From NCBI GenBank assembly GCA_951406725.2, contig OX597836.1:6882001-6946000 (forward strand): DNA of 64,000 nt. The letters are read 5' to 3'. This document shows, one piece after another, positions 1 to 14,476 of this stretch. The position numbers were made by a program, and so were the translations under genes. Source of the stretch: Octopus vulgaris (lineage: Eukaryota). How positions within the stretch are numbered: the stretch's first letter is position 1; each line of letters opens with the position of its first letter. A model generated the notes under the pieces. It made no database searches. It was not told the origin of the DNA and was given only the letters and a program-made list of their open reading frames with translations.

Positions 1-35
<35 letters not shown>

Positions 36-63
36 CACACACATAGTGTAAGAGAGAGAGTTT

Positions 64-141
<78 letters not shown>

Positions 142-153
142 TAGAATAGAATA

Positions 154-195
<42 letters not shown>

Positions 196-229
196 GACAG
201 ACTATATGTGTGCGTGTGTGTCTCTATGT

Positions 230-432
230 CTTTATGTCGCTTGGCAATCGAAGATGGTGTGTTTACCTCTCCACAAGCTAGCGGTTCGGCAAAAGAATCC
301 GATAGCATAAGTACCAGGCTTTATACAAAAAAAAAAAAAATACGTATCGGATACCATTCATTCAACTAAAAATTCTTCAAGGTTCTGCCCCAGTATGGCC
401 ACAGCCAAATTACTGAAACAACGAAAAGAACA
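230..432 (+). mobile_element. SINE family A, 3' half (decayed)
   Basis: Matches the 3' part of the full copy at 37034-37448 (tagcggttcggcaaaaga..gatag.ataagtaccaggc..cagtatggcc.cag..aaat.actgaaaca). Confidence 0.8.
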
Positions 433-599
433 TGAATCTACAAAATCAGTCACGTTTTCTTGTTCTTCACACATTTTGCAAACTTTAATTTCAAACAAAA
501 TACAGGATCATTAAAATTTAAGTTCAAAGTTTAATTTTGCCTCTTAAATTACGAAAACAGAGCTTTTAAAAAATTTGCTATTTCAAAGACGAAAGGTCT

Positions 600-830
600 T
601 TTATCTTATGTCTTTTAGTTGTTGCAATCATTAGACTGTGGCCATGCTGGGGCATCACCTTGATGAATTATTAGTCGAATGAATCAGTCTCAATACTTGC
701 TTCCTTTTTTTAAAAACTTAATGCTTATTCAATCGGTGTCATTTGCTGAACCGCTAATTTATAGAAACTTAAACACACCAACATCGGTTGCCAAGAGGTA
801 GTGGAGGACAAACACAAACGCAGACACACA
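600..830 (-). mobile_element. SINE family A, 3' half
   Basis: Reverse complement of the family A 3' part (gactgtggccatgctggggcatcacc; tttgctgaaccgctaa; acaccaacatcggttg). Confidence 0.8.
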
Positions 831-873
831 TCCGTATACATACACATACACACACACACGCACACATACATAG

Positions 874-939
<66 letters not shown>

Positions 940-942
<3 letters not shown>

Positions 943-1084
943 TTTTTTTGCGAAATGAGATAAAAAAACAAGGCTGTATAGATATCAGAGCATTTATAGA
1001 TAGAAGGTCTATAGACCTATCTATAAATGCTTTAATATCTATACAGCCCTTGGTTTTTTTTTTATCTCATTACGCAAAAAGTTC
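940..1084. repeat. Imperfect long palindrome (about 70-bp arms, no loop, centre 1011/1012) abutting (TA)n
   Basis: tttttgcgaaatgagataaaaaaacaaggctgtatagatat..gcatttatagatag..aggtcta|tagacctatctataaatgc..atatctatacagcccttg..tttatctcattacgcaaaaa. Confidence 0.9.
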
Positions 1085-1246
1085 TGATATGCACACGCTG
1101 ACATAGAACCAGCGTTGAACCCTTTATTCGCAATATTACCGAATCTGGAACTTAACTATGGTTTGTCTATAGCACTTATTCAGCATTACCTGACATCTTT
1201 GGGTCTCAATGACACCATTATCTATTATATATATATGTGTGTGTGT

Positions 1247-1414
1247 AGTGAGAATTTACAAAAAAACAAAAGACGGGTGCGTAAACATGTATTAGTTTAA
1301 CGCTCGAGAAGTGAGAAAGTCTTCTACGTATCGAGCCTATGCACTTCGACAGAAAGGAACACAGAAATAAACACAGAGAGAAAGCAGAAAAAGGTTTAGC
1401 GATTTATCATGCGT
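1247..1414 (-). mobile_element. Penelope-like terminal (pLTR-like) fragment with decayed minimal hammerhead at 1320-1357
   Basis: Minus strand reads CCUUU-CUGUCGA-A-GUGC-AUAG-GCUC-GAUA-CG-UA-GAAGA; homologous over about 150 nt to 48942-49103 and 62785-62990. Confidence 0.65.
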
Positions 1415-2653
1415 CACCAGCACGCACTCGATAGCTTTCACGCTGCTCTGGAGTAATTGCACCTCTAGCAGGCGGCATCTCTTTTGAACAGTCTACAGGA
1501 TCTCTGGTCTTCAGTTTCCTTAGCCTGCCGGCGCTACCGCCTTGCTGCTGCAGAAGACTTTCTGCCAATGCGTGCTGCTCTCTTTTTCGGTGGCATGCTT
1601 GTAGTATCTGGAGAAGGAAAATGGGTTTTAGTGTACCAAGTGAATATCGATTCTATTATTAGCTAACAAAGGCCCTTTTATTCTGTCTTCCCACATAACC
1701 TGCGCATAAAGTAACAATGAATGCCGCATGAAGTGAAACTGGTATAGAGCTTTCTGAAAGATACGTTTAACTTTCGCTAGTGGAAGTATAAAACTTATTT
1801 AAAAGTTGGTTCTTGTTTTAAAAAAAGGTTAGAACCTCAATGCTAAAACGTGTTTTTAAACAACGGGCAAGAGTCGAAATAATATTATTGAAGGGGTAAA
1901 TAAGCATCCTTAAAGTGAAACAACGCATTGGTAGGTAAACAAAGGTATTAACAAATAGAAGAGAAGACATGGAACCTCACCTTTCAAGTAACTCAGAATA
2001 GGTAAAGGTAAGATTGCCAAAGCTTAATGCAGCTTAAATAGGGAGATTAAGATTGTTTGGTATTGGATATTCATCGCGTACAAAGTCCCTAATCAATTTA
2101 ATCACAGTCAAAAATATTCTCTAATGCCAATATACGATGATATAGACTTAAAAAGTATGAAAGACCCTACATACAAAAAAAAACTATGTATAAAGAACGA
2201 ATTTGGAAAATCTTTTAAATTAACATTTATTTACATGAAAGAACATTGCCGGAGATATAACAAGTGTTGTGCTAAAAATAACAGCTAATTAACATATTTT
2301 TGAATAAATCATTTAAATTGACATAAGCATTTATTTACATGAAAACAAAATGACAGCTTCCAAGTCCTTTTTCTTGACTGGGTCACCGCGCAGGGGTACA
2401 GTCGAAATATGTAAATAGACCAAATCCTTTCACTTTTATAAAAAAGTTTAAAATGTATGGAAGACCGTACATACAAAATACAATGTCCATTTACGCACAT
2501 TTACGCGGGATTTCTGGGAAAATGTTATAGAGTATGACCACCCTATGGACATAACTAATGTGTGTGTAAAGTTTGGAGAAAATCGGTTGAGAATTGCGGA
2601 AATGTATGCGTTAGTCACTATACACACACATACTACAATTTATATATACTAGA
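1415..2653 (-). mobile_element. Helitron-like element, 5' portion, with degenerate start of the Rep/helicase ORF (ATG at 1596)
   Basis: Minus strand begins A|TCTAGTATATATAAAA at 2653; plus-strand aagtttggagaaaatcggttgag motif typical of Lep1/DINE-like Helitron ends; ORF start MPPKKRAARIGRKSSAAARR*RRQAKETEDQRSCRL resembles RepHel N-termini (ETxEQRxxRL); contains in-frame stops. Confidence 0.65.
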
Positions 2654-2661
2654 TTATATAC

Positions 2662-2883
2662 ATAATTCTTTTCTAAACTAAGCACAAGGCCCGAACTTTC
2701 TGGGGAGCGGGGGCAGTCGATCAAATCGACCCCAGTACTCAACTGGTACTTAATATATCGACCCCGAAAGGATGAAAAGTAAAAGGTGACCTCGGCGAAA
2801 TTTGAACGCAGAACGTAACGGCAGACGAAATACCGCTAAGCATTTCGCCCGGCGTGTTAACGTTTCTGCCAGCTCGCCGCCTT
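2662..2883 (-). mobile_element. tRNA-derived SINE family C, near full length
   Basis: Minus strand ggcggcgagctggcagaaacgttaacacgccgggcgaaatgcttagcgg...gttcaaatttcgccgagg..tttcatcctttcggggtcgata..aagtaccagttgagtactggggtcgat; multiple copies in the window. Confidence 0.85.
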
Positions 2884-2927
2884 TAGATTATTTATATAAT
2901 TAATTAAGTAAACAGAAGATGGAATTG

Positions 2928-3031
2928 GTATGACGATCGTTTCGACCCATCCTGCGACTGCCCTTTATGGGTGGGATGTTGTCGGTCATATTATGCTGCT
3001 TCTCCCTTGCAATCTATGTCACATCAGGTAC
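2928..3031 (-). ncRNA. Degenerate type-I hammerhead-like motif with a long domain II
   Basis: GUAC-CUGAUGU-GAC...(about 70 nt)...GUC-GAAA-C-GAUC-G-UC-AUAC; palindromic GAUC loop in stem III; the core has one deviation. Confidence 0.45.
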
Positions 3032-3144
3032 ATTCATGCATAAAGTGATGTCTCGCGAAAGATCTTGAGTTTGGGCGGTGATGTGGTTATTTGCCCGCTT
3101 CAGCACATCAACACGCTAATTGGCATATACTCATTCGTCCATGT

Positions 3145-3231
<87 letters not shown>

Positions 3232-3259
3232 TGTGTGTGTTTTTGTGTGTGTGCTTGTG

Positions 3260-3447
3260 TGTCTGTGTTTGTCCCCTCACCATCGCTTGAGAACCGATGT
3301 TGGTGTGTCTACGACCCCGTAACTTAGCAGTTCAGCAAAAGAGACCAATAGAATAAGTACTAAGCTTAGTAAGTCCTGGGGTCGATTTCTTCGACTAAAG
3401 GCGGTGCTCTAGCATGGCCGCAGTCGAATGACTGAAACAAATAAAAA
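3260..3447 (+). mobile_element. SINE family A, 3' half, directly following (GT)n
   Basis: gtctgtgtttgtcccc..catcgcttga..accgatg.tggtgtgt..gtaacttagc.gttc.gcaaaagagacc.atagaataagtac..gactaaaggcggtgctc.agcatggccgcagtc. Confidence 0.9.
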
Positions 3448-3792
3448 TATATAAATAGATAGATATTTGTGTGGGGCGCATGTATGTGTGTATGCGTGTG
3501 TGTGTGCGTGAGTGTGTGTGTATGTGTGTGTGTATGCGTGCGTGTGTGAAAAGTAACATAATTTTCCATTGAGTACGATCTGTGTATCAAACCTAGTAAC
3601 ACTGCTAAGGACTCCGGTCGACTAAACAATATATTGTGAACTGACTGGATAACGATAATCTACGTCGAGCTCTAACCTATATAGAAGTAGCATTACACCT
3701 GACTATACACTCAGGATATAATCAGCCAACCATACATACTGGATTCCTTTAGGAAATCGTATTTAACACAGCCGCTGGATTATCTACTCCTC

Positions 3793-3888
<96 letters not shown>

Positions 3889-4269
3889 GTACGTATATAT
3901 GTATATCATCACACACTCACACACACACACACACACACACGTTCAGTAAACACCGAGGTCGGTAAACCCAGCCTTTATTAAATTGCTTTGTGACTTTGAT
4001 TTAATTACCTGAGTAATTTAGAAACTTATACGAAAACTAATTACTCGCTTCATTAAAATAATTAAGAAATTACTTTAAGCTCTCCAGCATGACCGTGTGT
4101 GTATCTGTGTATGTACGTATGCACTATGTATGTATGTATGTATGTATGTATGTATGTATGCATATATATATATATACATATATATTATATGTATGTGCAT
4201 ACATATATATATATATATGTTTGTATATATGGTTGTATATATATATATATGTATCTACATATATATATG

Positions 4270-4377
<108 letters not shown>

Positions 4378-4499
4378 TATATACATACATATATATACAT
4401 ATATATATATGTATGCATGTATATATATATCCGCATACAAACACATGCATATGTGTGGGGTGAGTGTGTGTGTGTGTGGTCTGTGGTGTGTGTGCGTGT

Positions 4500-4541
<42 letters not shown>

Positions 4542-4620
4542 TTGGTGTTTGAGTTTGTGAAGTTTCTTGGCAGCAAGGTATGGTGTGCGTACATATGTAT
4601 TTCATCCATAGACTGAAGTG

Positions 4621-4640
4621 TGACGTCAATGGTGACGTCA
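4621..4640. promoter_or_regulatory. Two tandem perfect CRE palindromes (TGACGTCA x2)
   Basis: tgacgtca-atgg-tgacgtca in non-repeat sequence; motif match only, function untested. Confidence 0.35.
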
Positions 4641-4838
4641 TCGGTGGTGTGGAAGAGCGATAATATTTTCATTAAACTCTTTAGAGAAATGTTTCCGCTT
4701 TCTTTCTTTTTCGTTTCCTTTCAAACTAACCTTACATCAAAATTTTATTCTTGTCTAAACGATAATAACGATAATCGATATTTGAAGGCGCAGGCAAGGC
4801 CTACAGATGAGCTACATTAATTGGGGACACTACAGCAC

Positions 4839-5343
<505 letters not shown>

Positions 5344-5344
5344 T

Positions 5345-5480
5345 AAACTTTTCTACAATTGGCACAAGGCCTGAAATTTTAGGGGAGGGGCGTAGTCGAT
5401 TTGATCGACTCCAGGGAAACACTGGCACTTTATTTATCGAATCCGAAAGGATGAAAGACATAGTCGACCTCGGCGAATCT
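5345..5480 (-). mobile_element. SINE family C, 3' part
   Basis: ggcacaaggcctgaaatttt..gtcgatt.gatcgac..tttatcga.tccgaaaggatgaaag.ca.agtcgacctcggcg. Confidence 0.8.
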
Positions 5481-5827
5481 TTTCTACTATAAATCGTAAG
5501 ACGAGTTCGGTAAAGGAACGGCGAATTAATCTCGTACTGCGAGTTATCTCTGTATTTATCCTTCACTAGATGGAATACCTTTTTGTCGATCCTACCTGTA
5601 AGGGAACAGTAAAGAACACATGTATGTCACTTCTATTTTTTAATTATTACAAAGCTTCCACTGAGGAGGGAGCCGGTTTCCAACAAAGGTACAAGGCTCC
5701 GTCTTCGGGATGTTGTCAACACATTTGTAGTTCAGATTTAGAACTTGAGAAATGTCTTGCACATTTTTACTGCTCCACTCAGAGATTGCTATTGTAATAT
5801 ACGAATGTATGTATGTACGTATATATG

Positions 5828-5861
<34 letters not shown>

Positions 5862-5940
5862 TGTATGTATGTATGTATGTATGTATGTATTATATATTTA
5901 ATTAGAAGCAATGTGACTTTGCACATTTTTACGTATATGT

Positions 5941-6260
5941 TTAGGACAGCGGACTAGCGGTCACAGGTCCGCGAATTCGATTCCCAGACCGGGTGTTTTG
6001 AGTGGTTATTGAGCAAAATCACCTGAAGCTCCACGAGGCTCTGGCAGGGGTGGGTGGCGAACCCTGCTGTACACTTTCACCACAACTTTCTCTCGCTATT
6101 TCTTCCTGTTTCACTTGTACCTGTATTTCAAAGGGGCCAGCCTTGTCACACTCTGTGTCGCACTGAATCTCCCTGGAGAACTACGTTAAGAGTACACGCG
6201 TCTGTGGAGTGCTCAGCCACTTGTACATTGATTTCACAAGCAGGCTATTCCATTGATCGA
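5941..6260 (+). mobile_element. tRNA-derived SINE family B
   Basis: B-box-like ttcgattccc followed by agaccggg..aagctccacgaggctc..ccagccttgtcacactctgtgtc..aactacgttaag..gtggagtgctcagccacttg; shared with 11248 and 45958. Confidence 0.9.
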
Positions 6261-7124
6261 TGGTGTGCCATGATATTTTTAGTATATTTCTTCAATCTGA
6301 ATCAAGATAACACAATATGTAAATGATGCTAACAGATACTATCCATCGACGGGCTTCCGTACAGTCTCCGTCCCACAATTTCACTCTCAAACCTTAACGT
6401 CGGATCAAATTTACACTAAAAGAAGAGAAAAAATAAAAACCCAAAATGCTTCTCAGGAGGAGCGATCAGGAAACCTGACGATTGGAAACCAAGCTTCGTA
6501 TCCACACAACTACACCTATGGCTATAGCTACGTCTAGTATCTTCTCCCACATGAAATAATACAGGTCAACTGAAGAAGGTGGAGGTGACTGGGTGATGGG
6601 ACGAGCTTGGGTTTTGCTTTCAAGCAAGGTTTTTTTTAAATATATTTCTTTCTAACAAGGCGACCTCATAACGCAGACGATTTATGAGCGCGTGTGTTTA
6701 AGTCTGCACGTGTGTACGTATGTGCGGTGTGTGTGTGTGTGTGTGTGTGTGTATTTGTGACGTGTGTGTTCGTGTGGAAGAACGAGAGAGAGATAGAAGG
6801 AGTAGGTGGGGTTGGGCGGAGGGGCAACATTTTAATATCGCCTCCTTCTTCGGTGGATTAATGCGAATATGTAAACACGCGTGTTTTAAATGTTTGTGCG
6901 AGGTATGTCGCTATGTTGTGCTTTGCTTCTTTATCTAAATATGAATGTATGTTTTATTGTGAAGGTAGATGGAGGGTCGGGGAGGAGATCGGGGGAGGAT
7001 GGTTGGAGTAAGAGAGACAGAGAGAATGAGGGAGAGAGAAGTGGAGAGAGACAGAGAAATGGGAGATTAAGGTGTAGACAGAATGAGAGAAGTGATGATT
7101 GCATTTTAGAGTTTGTGTGAATAC

Positions 7125-7190
<66 letters not shown>

Positions 7191-7205
7191 ATATATATGT
7201 ATATG

Positions 7206-7262
<57 letters not shown>

Positions 7263-7672
7263 GTATATATTTGTATACACGTTGATACATACATACATAT
7301 ATATACATGCATATATACACGTGGGCATGTATACAAACATATACACAAGCTATATAAACAGGTATCTGCATGAGTCGATGTAATTGCAGGTTTATGAATT
7401 CTATGCAAATATGAATATGTTACATTCAATGTATACATATACCTATATATGCATATATATATATTTATATATATATATATATATGCATATATATATATAT
7501 ATATAAATACATACACATATTATACATGCACATATATATATAAATATATATATATGTATATATATATATGTATATATATGTATATGTGTATATATATATA
7601 TATGTATATCTGTATATATGTATATATATATATGTATATATATATATGTATATATATATATATGTATATATA

Positions 7673-7717
<45 letters not shown>

Positions 7718-7904
7718 CTATACATGAATACGTACACACATATACATACATATGCATGTGTGTTTATGTATGTATATATGTGTATGTGTGCGTGTGTGTG
7801 TGTGTGTGTGTATGCATTGGTGCATGTGCGTGTTGCAGTTGTACCTGTGTGCAGTATGCGTGTGCGGCTGTTTATCTAGGCTTGTGTTTATTCGTAAATG
7901 TTTA

Positions 7905-9970
<2,066 letters not shown>

Positions 9971-10951
9971 GATGTCTGAACCTTCAATACAATAGCAGAG
10001 AGTTCCATTAGCCACCAAACCATTAAAAAAAAAAGTGCCCAGGCTCTATGCAGACGTTAATATTACTGACATTGTTTGCAGTTAAGCCATATTGACTCGC
10101 TTCTAATACTATTTTCGAATCCAGGCCATTAATGGTCGCCCAAAACACATTAAGGATGTTGTGCAGAAATGCATGCCGGGATTCGATTCAATTACTCCCT
10201 TCCAATAATAACAAAACTCCTTCCTCGCCCTCTCTACCTCACTCACTTTCCCTCTCTCCTCCCTCTGTCTCTGACTCTCACCCATTTCTCTCTCCTTGTC
10301 TCCCTCCCCCCACCTTCCCGCTCATGAAAATTCCTATGCAAACAAATGCGTAAGCAAATGTGTGTGGATGTACATATATGTATGTATATATGTATGTATG
10401 TATTGTGGTTGTACATATATATATATATATATACATATACACATATACAGATGTGTATGTGTATATAGAGATATATATGTATATATGTACATATATATAC
10501 ACACACGCATATGTATATATATATGTGTGTGTGTATATACATGTGTGTGTATATAAGTATATATAGATATATACACATGTATATATGTACGTGTGTGTGT
10601 ATACGTATAAATATATTTATACGCAAATACATATATCGGTGCCTTTATTCCTCCTCCCACACGCATATACACCTACGTACACAAACACAGAAACACATGC
10701 AGACAGCTAAGTACACAATTCATACATACATTCATAATTCTAGGAACATATATATATACATGCACATACGCACCATTTTATACATACAGATTTGCATGAA
10801 AACGTGTTAAAACTATAATTCACAAATATAAATATATAGATGTTAACACCGCTAAATTCATGTTATATATTTGTGTTGTACAAGCAAATATACATATATT
10901 CGTTAATACGTATATATATACATACACACACACACACACACATATATATAA

Positions 10952-11160
10952 ATGTGACCTCGTGTGTACCGTTGGCGATTTTTTTTCTTCTGTCTTCCCT
11001 TCTCTGGATCTTTCCTTTTCCTATCTTTCCGACGAAGAGCTCCGCTCGAAACGTTAAACCCTCTTTCTTTCCTTCTTTCCTGAGCGTCCAATAATACTAT
11101 ATTTGTTCCACGTCCTCGCGTTGTTGTGTTTTTTTGTGTTTTCTTGTTTGGATTAACTTT
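10952..11160 (+). mobile_element. Penelope-like terminal fragment with minimal hammerhead variant at 11026-11058
   Basis: UUU-CCGACGA-A-GAGC-UCC-GCUC-GAAA-CG-UU-AAA followed by a U-rich tail (ttcctgagcgtc.aataatac) ending at a TA-rich run. Confidence 0.65.
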
Positions 11161-11247
11161 ATATACGTACTTATATGCTTATACATATCTTCATACATAC
11201 ATATTAATATACATACATGTATAAGCATATATCTATACATGCATGTA

Positions 11248-11630
11248 GAGGCGCAATGGCCCGTAGTTAGGGCAGAAGACTCGCGCTCGTAGGATCGCGA
11301 TTTCGTAGGATTCCCAGACCGGGCGTTGTGAGTATTTATTGAGCGAAAAGCGAAAACACCTAAAGCTCCACGAGGCTCCTGCAGGGGGTGGGTGGCGAAC
11401 CCTGCTGTACTCTTTCACCACAACTTTCTCTCACTCTTCCTTTCTGTTTCTGTTGTACCCGTATTTCAAAGGGGCCAGCCTTGTCACACTCTGTGTCACG
11501 CTGATTCTCCCTGAGAACTACGTTAAGGGTGCACCTGTCTGTGGAGTGCTCAGCCACTTGCACGTTAATTTCACGAGCAGGCTGTTCTGTTGATCGGATT
11601 AATACTGGAACCGTCGTCGGAATGCCGACG
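11248..11630 (+). mobile_element. SINE family B, full length
   Basis: tRNA-like head aggcgcaatggccc.tagttagggcag..gactcgcg; body as at 45958. Confidence 0.9.
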
Positions 11631-11699
11631 TTAATAAATGCATAATCTTTTATCAACTGAGACTGTTGCACATCGAGCGAGTCATATATAAAAACCGAT

Positions 11700-11952
11700 A
11701 AACGTCGCCCCTTTCAAGCCTAGCCAGGCTCATGGGCCCGGTTTCCCGGTTTCTGTGACGTGTGTGTTCCCCCCAGCTGGACGGGACGCCAGTCTATCGC
11801 AGCGTTACTCAGGAAACGGGAAGAGAGAATGAGAGAAAGTTGTGGCAAAAAAGTACAACAGGGGTCACCACCACCCCCTGCCGGAGCCTCGTGGAGCTTT
11901 TAGGTATTTACGCTCAATAAACACACACAGCTCCCGCTCTGGGAATCGAAAC
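11700..11952 (-). mobile_element. SINE with family-B head/body and an alternative 3' tail
   Basis: Shares the B body (gtggagcttt.aggt..cgctcaataaacac) but ends in ..ccgggaaaccgggcccatgagcctggctaggcttgaaagggg, as at 37778-38070. Confidence 0.8.
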
Positions 11953-12049
11953 ATACACACTTATGTGCGTTTAAGTGTGTATATTTGTATGCATGTAGAT
12001 TTACATGTATATAGGGATTTATATGAAGATGTATATTCGTGCATCTACA

Positions 12050-12218
12050 CTGGCTCTCCGTCGGTTACGACGACGAGAGTTCCACTTGATCCGATCTTGA
12101 AAATTAATGTGCACGTGGCTGATCCCTTCACAGATACGCATACCCTTAACGTAGCCCTCAGGGAGAGTCAGCATGTCACAGAAAGTGACGAGGCTGGGCC
12201 CTTTTGAATTACAGGTAC
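12050..12218 (-). mobile_element. SINE family B, 3' part
   Basis: Reverse complement of about 11460-11625. Confidence 0.85.
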
Positions 12219-12402
12219 TCCTCAGTGTTGCCAGCTGACTGGACTGGAGCAACATGAAATAAAGTATCACCTTCACATCGTACACCATTATATAAATACA
12301 CACTCACATACACACACACATGCTAACACATACACACATATGTATGTATATATACGTATGTATGTATATATGCATGTATGAATGTATGTATATATGTGTA
12401 TA

Positions 12403-12915
12403 AAAGCTGGACTCATGAGTCATCTTCGTAGTCATAAAATGAGACAGATGAGTGACAACCTGGCCACTGGTGGTGGTGTAACACACCATACTAATCATAT
12501 CTATCAGGCATGTGGAAGAGAGTGTAATTCGGCAGGAGGACTTAAACGACATGCAAAGGTACATGAAGCCCAGTTACAACTACAGCCGTGGAGCTTTAGG
12601 TGTTTCCGCTCAATAAATACTCACAACGCCCGGTCTGGGAATCCTACGAGCGCGAGTCTTCTGCCCTAACTACGGGCCATTGCGCCTCTACATGCATGTA
12701 TAGATATATGCCTATAAATGTATGTATATTAATATGTATGTATGAACAGATGTATAAGCAAATAAGTATTTATATATATAAAGGTTTTTGTTGCCAATTT
12801 TGTACAAGACATTGTAGATCTTTAGCTGGGCTAAACAGTCACATTCGATCACAGCACCAGTAATAGTTAAGCTTCGTGCAATGGCCATACTCGATAACGA
12901 GGGGGCAGCCATAAT
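12403..12915 (+). mobile_element. RTE-type LINE 3' end remnant with three C2H2-like fingers, interrupted at 12587-12768
   Basis: KAGLMSHLRSH...ACGRECNSAGGLKRHAKVH...[insert]...FCCQFCTRHCRSLAGLNSHIRSQH* then a short UTR (ggccatactcgataacgagggggcagcc); CxSxAGLxSHxRxH is typical of RTE ORF2 C-termini; no TGEKP linkers. Confidence 0.65.
12587..12768 (-). repeat. Inverted duplication of 11168-11372 (SINE B head plus its upstream flank)
   Basis: Reverse complement matches 11168-11372, including the non-SINE flank and the same private substitutions. Confidence 0.9.
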
Positions 12916-12965
12916 AATATATGTGTGTCTATGTATGATTGTATGTATGTATGTATGTATGAATG

Positions 12966-13001
<36 letters not shown>

Positions 13002-13007
13002 CGTGTT

Positions 13008-13070
<63 letters not shown>

Positions 13071-13164
13071 GTGTGTATGTATGTATGTATGTATGTGCCT
13101 ATATATGTATGTGTGTGTGTGTTACGAGCTTCTTTTAGTTTCCAATTATCATGTCCACTCACAA

Positions 13165-13345
13165 GTCTTTGGCAAAATGAGAAGTACCTGTATTTGTCAC
13201 ACTGTGTCATGCTGAATCTCCCCCAAGAACTACGTTAAGGGTGTCTGTGGAGTGTTCAGCCACGTGTACGTTAATTTCAAGAGCAGGCTGTTCCGTTGCT
13301 CAGATCAACTGGAAACCTCGTCGTCGCAACCGACAGAGTGCTCCT
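13165..13345 (+). mobile_element. SINE family B, 3' part
   Basis: ttgtcacactgtgtcatgctgaatctcccc.agaactacgttaagggt..gagcaggctgttccgttg..atcaactggaa.cctcgtcgtcg. Confidence 0.85.
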
Positions 13346-13364
13346 ATATATATATACATATATA

Positions 13365-13455
13365 GAGCTTTGGTTGGCCCGAGGCTATAGTAGAAGACAT
13401 TTGCCCAAGATGCCACGCAGTGGGACTGAACCCGGAACCATGTGGTAGGTAAGCA
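13365..13455 (-). mobile_element. SINE family A, 5' head
   Basis: ttggttggcccgaggctatagtagaagacatttgcccaagatgccacgcagtgggactgaacccggaaccatgtgg. Confidence 0.85.
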
Positions 13456-13952
13456 ACATAAAACATAAACATACACATATGCACATACACACACACGCAC
13501 ATACACAAACACATTTGGACACAGTCATACAGACATACCGGCGTCGTAAGCCTTTAGGCGGTCACCCGATCGGCTGGAAATAGCAGCCAAATCATGGAAA
13601 GCGGGAAGGGAAAGTTACTCTAAATGATGTATTTATAGATAATGGATAGTCATAATCGGTTTGGATGGTTACGGGAGGATCTGCGGTTAAACGACAACAA
13701 CAACAACAACAGCAACTACAAACTCAGAGAGAGAGAGAGAGACGGAGAGAGAGAAAGCGAGAGAGAGACAGTAAACTGTTAATTCTTCTATCATCACTGT
13801 GATGGGATTTCATAACCAGCAACATCATCACCACCACTGCCACCACCACCACTACCACTAACACCATCACCACCACCGTCACCACCACCACCACACTGAT
13901 CAGCAACAACTTTTTACACCTTAGTCAATTTGTCCCTAATAGGAACAAGGTG

Positions 13953-14012
<60 letters not shown>

Positions 14013-14071
14013 AATTCACTTGCCTTTCTCAACATATAGAAAAATAGATAGGTAGATACATACATATATAC

Positions 14072-14128
<57 letters not shown>

Positions 14129-14222
14129 CAGATAGATAGACAGATGTGTATACACGCACATACATACATATATACATATATATCGGCTGGGTGTGCGTGT
14201 GCGTAATTATATAAGCACATAT

Positions 14223-14267
<45 letters not shown>

Positions 14268-14476
14268 TATATATGTATGTATATGCATTGATATATACAC
14301 ACATACATAATTCCCTCTTTCTCTGTTTCTCTCTCTCTCTCTCACTATACAATATATGACTATAGATTCTAACAGCCTTTCGCTAAACATCTACTTTAGC
14401 CTTTCAAACCCAGCGTTGTTTCCATTCACAGAAATTCACCCACCCCTACTCTTACTCTTCCCCTTCTTTACCTTAC

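Noticed and set aside
5659-5705. CUGAGGA followed by a GGAGCC/GGCUCC stem
   Set aside because: No GAAA after the stem, so the hammerhead core is incomplete.
12403-12863. C2H2 fingers as a member of a host zinc-finger gene expansion
   Set aside because: No TGEKP linkers; the CxSxAGLxSHxRxH pattern plus short 3' tail fits an RTE LINE ORF2 end, and the sequence is interrupted.
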